Below are positions 58,939 through 64,000 of a DNA stretch of 64,000 nt, piece by piece. The notes beneath the pieces are model-generated. The model saw nothing but the letters and a program-made list of their open reading frames with translations, was not told the origin of the DNA and did no database searches. The stretch is from a virus. Both the position numbers and the translations under genes were made by a program. Numbering within the stretch: the first letter of the stretch is position 1; the number at the start of each line of letters is the position of its first letter. The stretch lies in IMG/VR virus record IMGVR_UViG_3300025012_000055, positions 27,381-91,380 of that record; one strand, given 5' to 3'.

Positions 58939-61062
58939 ATGAAAAAAACAACAATAACGAAAGAACAGGAAAAAGAAATTGTTGCCATTTATTCTTTAAC
59001 AAATATTGGAACAGAACCATTATCATTAAGGTTTAGAATTAGTAAAAAAAGAATTAATCAAATATTTAAAAACTATAATATATCAAAAAAGAAAAAAGGT
59101 AATCAAATAACAAATAATATTATAGAAATAAAAGAAAATTATAAAAAAATAAGAAGTATTTCAAGTAATAATTTTATAGTTAAGTGTAAAAAAACAAACA
59201 AAGAATTTAATGATTATAATAATAAGTCGGGAATATTAACAATTCATTTAAAAAAAATATTTCCAAACATAAAAATACCTTCAAATTATAATAAAAAATT
59301 ATTTTTAAAAGAAAATGGATTTCAATGGCATGAACAATATTTTAACATTTTATTAAAAAAAGAAAAACAAACAAGAAAATGTAAATATTGTGATTGGGAG
59401 ACAACAGATATCAAAAATAAAACTGGGTGTTATGAAATTCATTTAAAAAATACTCATAATAAAACCATAAATGAATTTATAAAACAATTTCCAGAAGAAA
59501 TAAAATATCACCCCAACTTCAAAAAAATTAAGAAAAGAAATGAATCATTCAAAGATACAGATAGTTATATTATTTGTAAAATATGTAACAAAAAACTTAA
59601 AAAATTAACAAATACTCATTTTATTCAACATGGAGTAACTGTAAAAGAATATAAAGAAAAATATTCTATATTATCAACAAATTCTTTAAATAGTACAAAA
59701 AATCAATCAAAAATAACAACAGAATATAATTTAAAACATGGGACGACATTTCCCAATAAAAAATCTTCATATGAAATTGATTTTGAAACAAAATTAAAAA
59801 AAATAAATATTAAATATATAACACCATTTATATATAAAGGAAAGAAATTTGATTTTTATTTGCCAAAAATAGATACGGTTATTGAGATTGATGGGGAAGT
59901 ATTTCATAAAAATTATTTAGAGAACTTAACAATAAAAACAATTCAAAACTCAATAAATGACTATAAAAAATCTAATTTAATCGGATATGATTTTAAATTT
60001 TATAGGATAAGATATAATAAAAATGAAATTTTTAATTCAGAAAATGAATTAATCAATTTAATTATAAATAATTCTTATACTCCAAATTATTCAATTTCCT
60101 ATAACCAAAAAATAATATTAAAAGAATATTTCAAAAATTATATTGAAACAAAGGGAAAATCAAAATTGGAAAAATATATTCCTCTTTTATTGAAATTTAT
60201 AAGAACATTTCATTCAGAGTTTCCATATCCAGAAAATAATGATAATTTAAATGATATTATTAACACTATTAAGAATTATGATTTGTCCAGGGTATATGAT
60301 GAAAACACCAACACTTTTAGTAATATTTGTTATTCAATAGGAAATACATACTTAAAATCATTATTTAAATCATACTGGGATTGTAACTATAAAGGAAATG
60401 AATCACCAATTCATGCATGGAACAACGATACCACAATGAAAAGAATTATAAAATATAGAATTGGATGTAATGATTCTAATGAAATATTTGATTTTTCACT
60501 AAAAAACCTAATAAAGGGTTTATCTGCCAACAGAAATACAATATCATTTTTTAAACCTATATTAGCAGCTTCAATATATAATCATTATTTGCCAAAAAAC
60601 ATTGAAAACCCTATAGTTTTTGATCCTTGTTGTGGATTTGGTGGAAGAATATTGGGGTTTAAATCTTTGTTCCCACATGGAAAATATATTGGATTAGAAC
60701 CAAATAAAAAGATATATGGCGAATTATCAATACTATCTTCAAAATTTGAAGATAATAATGAGTTATATAATTGTAAATTAGAAGATTTTAATAAAAATAT
60801 AAAATATGATATTTGTTTTACAAGCATTCCTTATTTTGATTTAGAGAATTATAATAATTATTTTGATTATAATTCATATAGTCAATGGAAAAAAGAATTT
60901 ATTGATAAGTTACTAACCTATAATAAGTTAATTATTAATATGTCAGAAGAATTATGTAATAAATTGAATTTAAATAAATATATTGATTCTTATATAATAA
61001 AATCTCAATCTCATTTTGGAAATAAGGAAAAAGAAGTTATGATAAAATTAAACTTTTCATAA
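58939..61062 (+). CDS. Zn-finger / PD-(D/E)xK nuclease / amino-methyltransferase fusion
   Basis: CKYC..H...H and CKIC..H...H fingers; FDFYLP..IEIDG..H; DPCCGFGGR (motif I) and FTSIPYF (motif IV). Confidence 0.75.
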   Translation: MKKTTITKEQEKEIVAIYSLTNIGTEPLSLRFRISKKRINQIFKNYNISKKKKGNQITNNIIEIKENYKKIRSISSNNFIVKCKKTNKEFNDYNNKSGILTIHLKKIFPNIKIPSNYNKKLFLKENGFQWHEQYFNILLKKEKQTRKCKYCDWETTDIKNKTGCYEIHLKNTHNKTINEFIKQFPEEIKYHPNFKKIKKRNESFKDTDSYIICKICNKKLKKLTNTHFIQHGVTVKEYKEKYSILSTNSLNSTKNQSKITTEYNLKHGTTFPNKKSSYEIDFETKLKKINIKYITPFIYKGKKFDFYLPKIDTVIEIDGEVFHKNYLENLTIKTIQNSINDYKKSNLIGYDFKFYRIRYNKNEIFNSENELINLIINNSYTPNYSISYNQKIILKEYFKNYIETKGKSKLEKYIPLLLKFIRTFHSEFPYPENNDNLNDIINTIKNYDLSRVYDENTNTFSNICYSIGNTYLKSLFKSYWDCNYKGNESPIHAWNNDTTMKRIIKYRIGCNDSNEIFDFSLKNLIKGLSANRNTISFFKPILAASIYNHYLPKNIENPIVFDPCCGFGGRILGFKSLFPHGKYIGLEPNKKIYGELSILSSKFEDNNELYNCKLEDFNKNIKYDICFTSIPYFDLENYNNYFDYNSYSQWKKEFIDKLLTYNKLIINMSEELCNKLNLNKYIDSYIIKSQSHFGNKEKEVMIKLNFS

Positions 61063-61105
61063 CTAACAACTATTTATATAAAAAAATAATTAAACTTAAT
61101 AAATT

Positions 61106-61507
61106 ATGCCACTATTTACAGATATTTGTGGGGCGGTAGATCAATTTGAAAGTACGATTGCTAATGAAATTGCCACAATGACTACTCATGCCCAATTTTT
61201 AACAGCTGCTGACAATATGTCAAGTGGGAAAACTGATATGAATCTTCAATTATCAGGTACACTTGGTACTCATGTGACTAGATTATTAATTGACAGACTA
61301 ACACTGGTTGAAGCAGATATGAGAAGGTTTTCTACAATGAAGGGTCTTGCTCAAAATATTAATCAAGTTCATGAAGTTTTAAGAGAGCATGCCAAAATTA
61401 CGGCAGCAATTATCAGGGGTGGAACAAGATGTGCAAATGGAAGTGGGACTTCTGCTGCTGATCAAAGATTTTATAAAGATACCATATTTAAAGAATTTGG
61501 CAGGTAA
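61106..61507 (+). CDS. Hypothetical late protein
   Basis: TATTTATA upstream; structural-gene-like composition. Confidence 0.6.
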   Translation: MPLFTDICGAVDQFESTIANEIATMTTHAQFLTAADNMSSGKTDMNLQLSGTLGTHVTRLLIDRLTLVEADMRRFSTMKGLAQNINQVHEVLREHAKITAAIIRGGTRCANGSGTSAADQRFYKDTIFKEFGR

Positions 61508-61579
61508 TTAAATAATTTTTTTAATTAATCTATTGACTTTTTAGAATATTTTATTTATCTTTGTATTTATAATAATATA

Positions 61580-61660
61580 ATGAAACAGATAACGACATAT
61601 TTTGGTGGAAATGGTGATGGCACAACTGATGCGATAACCATAATGGCCAGATTATGTTAA
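61580..61660 (+). CDS. Attenuator leader peptide 3 (MKQITTYFGGNGDGTTDAITIMARLC)
   Basis: TTT GGT GGA..GGT GAT GGC..GAT GCG match downstream tRNAs Phe, Gly, Asp, Ala. Confidence 0.8.
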   Translation: MKQITTYFGGNGDGTTDAITIMARLC

Positions 61661-61681
61661 AAATATAAATAACAACTATAT

Positions 61682-61716
61682 AAAAACCCTGGCTAATAAA
61701 AAGTCAGGGTTTTTTT
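61682..61716 (+). terminator. Intrinsic terminator/attenuator before tRNA cluster 3
   Basis: aaaaaccctggct..agtcagggttttttt; the 5' arm is complementary to tggccag 61644-61650. Confidence 0.85.
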
Positions 61717-61731
61717 GTTTATATGATAAAT

Positions 61732-61808
61732 GGTGATACAGCATATTGGTGCATGTTGCTTCCCTGTCACGGAAGAGATTGTCGGTTCAAATCCGTCTAT
61801 CACCGCCA
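61732..61808 (+). tRNA. tRNA-Asp(GTC)
   Basis: cttcc-ctgtcac-ggaag; G73 and encoded CCA. Confidence 0.88.
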
Positions 61809-61809
61809 A

Positions 61810-61882
61810 GGAACTTTGGTGTAGGTGGTCTGCACAACTGTTTGAAGCACAGTGGGTCTTTGTTCGATTCAAAGAGGTTCCA
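61810..61882 (+). tRNA. tRNA-Phe(GAA)
   Basis: actgt-ttgaagc-acagt; ggaactt/aggttcc. Confidence 0.85.
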
Positions 61883-61902
61883 CAAGGTTATTCATTTTTA
61901 CA

Positions 61903-63132
61903 TCAAACATTACATTTGAGTTCAAATGATTTTACAAATTCAACTTTGTATGGGTTAAACCCTAACCCTATATTCCTTATGTTACTTATGAATTTTTCAC
62001 ATTCAGGAATTACTTTTGATTTTAACATTATTCCAATTGCACCATTAACATCAGCATTTATTGTTTTGCCAATACTACTTAAAAATAAACCACGCTTTAT
62101 TCTTTTGCCAAGATAAATTGCTTGTTTTTGTATCGGTTCAAATGCCAAATGGTCGCATTTACTGGTATAACTTTCTTCCTGCTCAACAAGTTTTATGCTG
62201 TTGAGTTCTAACTTATATTTTATTTTATCTATAAGTTTGGCATGAGGGATAGAAACAAAATTCTGGTTATTACGGCTACCAATATTTATTTTCTTCTTCC
62301 AATGTTCATTTTTACCGATAACAACTGTCCCAATATTATACTTTAAACAGTATTTAAGAATGAAATCGCCTACCTGGTGCATTGCATTTTCTATCTTGTT
62401 ATTCCTGTCAAAAGTTAATTTATTTATTCTGTTTGACGTCCCTTTATTACCAACATAACTCATTAACTTGGCTCGCTTTTTATTAAAATACGCATTGATG
62501 GATTTTAATCCTCTACCGTTGATAATGAAAGGATTATTACCGACATTATCTATTGCTGTGATAAGATTGTTTAATCCCAAATCAATGCTTAATACATTTT
62601 CTTCTTTTATTTTTTCATGTTTTACCTCCTTTTTTTCATAGACAACTTCTATTACAAAACAAGTTGCTTGTGGAATTATTCTCACTTGTGATATATTATC
62701 TACTTTTGTTTTTAATGGTTGAATATTTGCTTGTTTTGGAAAATGTATAAGTCCCCCTTTTAAATTAACTTGCTGATTAGTGAAAATGCAAATAGAATAT
62801 CCAGCCTTATCTTTGTATTTTGGTTGCTTAGGGTTTCCTTTAAATTTGCTTGGGCATTTTTTATATTCTTTTAATGCTTTGAAATATGACTTCCAGTTCT
62901 TAAAAAGTAATTTTATTATTTGCTGCGATGTTTGTGCCGGCAATGCCCTATAATCTTCCTGGTTAAATTCAGCAAGCAATTTAGATAATTCATATTCCTC
63001 AAATTTCTGTATATTACCAAAAAATGCTTGCCGTTTGTGATAATTACAAAAATTATACAATCTGGCTGATTTAAAACAAATATCCTCTATTGCTTTATCG
63101 TTTATCCTAATATGTCGCTCTACGAGTTGCAT
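61903..63132 (-). mobile_element. tnpB: TnpB (MQLVE-type) inserted within tRNA cluster 3
   Basis: SIDLG, INGRGLKSIN, EESYTSKC, GKRIKRGLF, NADVNGA. Confidence 0.92.
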
Positions 63133-63251
63133 TATTTATATAAAACTTAAAGTTTTACACTTATAAATATCTTTCTAAAATAAAAAACTCAATAAAATGA
63201 ATACATAAGAAATAAATAATATCAAAAATTACTATTTATATAAGATAATGT

Positions 63252-63327
63252 GCATCAGTAGCTCAATTGGTAGAGCGCCGGTCTTCCAAATCGGAGGTTG
63301 TGGGATCATAGCCCATCTGATGCTCCA
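63252..63327 (+). tRNA. tRNA-Gly(TCC)
   Basis: ccggt-cttccaa-atcgg; U73 and CCA. Confidence 0.88.
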
Positions 63328-63342
63328 GATTAAATAAAATAT

Positions 63343-63415
63343 GGGGGTACATGTACCAAGGCTGGCGAAGAGCATTTGCAATGCTTTTGGGTGGATTGGA
63401 TTTCCACTATCTCCA
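63343..63415 (+). tRNA. tRNA-Ala(TGC)
   Basis: gagca-tttgcaa-tgctt; G3:U70; A73. Confidence 0.8.
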
Positions 63416-63475
63416 CTAAATATATAAATGATTTCTTTTTCAATCATCAAACTATTTATATAAAAATATATTCTT

Positions 63476-64000
63476 ATGGCAGATATCACAACAAGTGAAA
63501 AAGACAAATTATTTACAAGAATAAAACATCAACTTGGTGCCCCATTAAGACAAATTGAAATTGATAATTCTCAACTGGAAACATTTCTTGAAATATCAAT
63601 TGAAGATTATTCATCTTATGTTAATAATTGGCTAATTGATCAGCAGTGGGATAGTTTAATAGGTTTAGATACAAATTCAACAGATTTATCCTTTGCATTT
63701 ACTACACGTTCTTTAGATTTCACAAGGTCATTTAGTTTTGCATATTCAAAACAAGTTGGCCTTGGAACAAATAGTCCCTGGGAACTTAAAAAAGATTTTG
63801 TTGTTATTACTGCCGGAACACAAGTTTATACAATACCAAAAAACAGGGAAGTTAATGAAGTTTTATGGGTAACTCCCCCATTAATAGATAGAGGTTTAAT
63901 AGATCCATTTTCAAGGTCTAATTGGTCAGCAGAACAATTTGGATGGAGTTATATTGGTCGTGCTGCGGAATATGTTCAACCTGTGTTTAATATTTTATTA
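63476..64000 (+). CDS. Neck protein (gp13-like), runs off the window
   Basis: MADITTSEKDKLFTRIKHQLGAPLRQIEIDNSQL; LG.P...E...Q motif of T4 gp13-like proteins. Confidence 0.8.
   Translation, partial: MADITTSEKDKLFTRIKHQLGAPLRQIEIDNSQLETFLEISIEDYSSYVNNWLIDQQWDSLIGLDTNSTDLSFAFTTRSLDFTRSFSFAYSKQVGLGTNSPWELKKDFVVITAGTQVYTIPKNREVNEVLWVTPPLIDRGLIDPFSRSNWSAEQFGWSYIGRAAEYVQPVFNILL

Noticed and set aside
855-61563. The ~35-nt dispersed repeat as a mobile element or CRISPR
   Set aside because: It is always upstream of and co-oriented with genes and matches the Bacteroidota -33/-7 promoter consensus
38923-63132. TnpB proteins as Cas12 effectors for the 36-nt repeat
   Set aside because: They have typical 370-410 aa IS200/IS605 TnpB motifs and no adjacent array
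1-64000. Stop-codon reassignment (TAG/TGA recoding as in Lak or crAss-like phages)
   Set aside because: Core genes are full length in code 11, several end in TAG or TGA, and no suppressor tRNA is visible

Overview
A very AT-rich 64 kb segment of a large T4-like (jumbo) myophage in the standard genetic code. The host is most likely a Bacteroidota member: about 18 TTTG-N20-TAnnTTTG promoters, a GE-starting tmRNA tag and a DUF4494-like gene point that way. Virion genes: tail sheath, gp15-like, terminase with 1 intein, portal with 3 inteins, prohead protease, scaffold, major capsid, gp13-like neck. Translation-related genes: TyrRS, a minimal ArgRS-like protein, a free ValRS C-terminal fragment, tmRNA and 14 tRNAs in 3 clusters. 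Also PseT, a CobS/CobT-like pair, DnaJ, Rad50/gp46, a sirtuin, an HNH nuclease and three TnpB elements. Main observation: each of the three tRNA clusters is preceded by the same unannotated unit of promoter, 23-26 codon leader ORF, antiterminator-capable segment and intrinsic terminator, and each leader's codons match the anticodons of its own downstream cluster (L/P/Q; N/W/S/S/I/R/H; F/G/D/A). This looks like ribosome-mediated attenuation that turns on phage tRNA supply when the matching host tRNAs are depleted, e.g. by starvation or anticodon-nuclease defence. Secondary observations: a CRISPR VI-B/II-like 36-nt repeat with a 30-nt spacer inside a gene end, a 33-aa tmRNA tag, a structured ncRNA upstream of the tmRNA, a Pro-starting intein and attC-like cassette ends. 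All calls are by eye; no searches were run.
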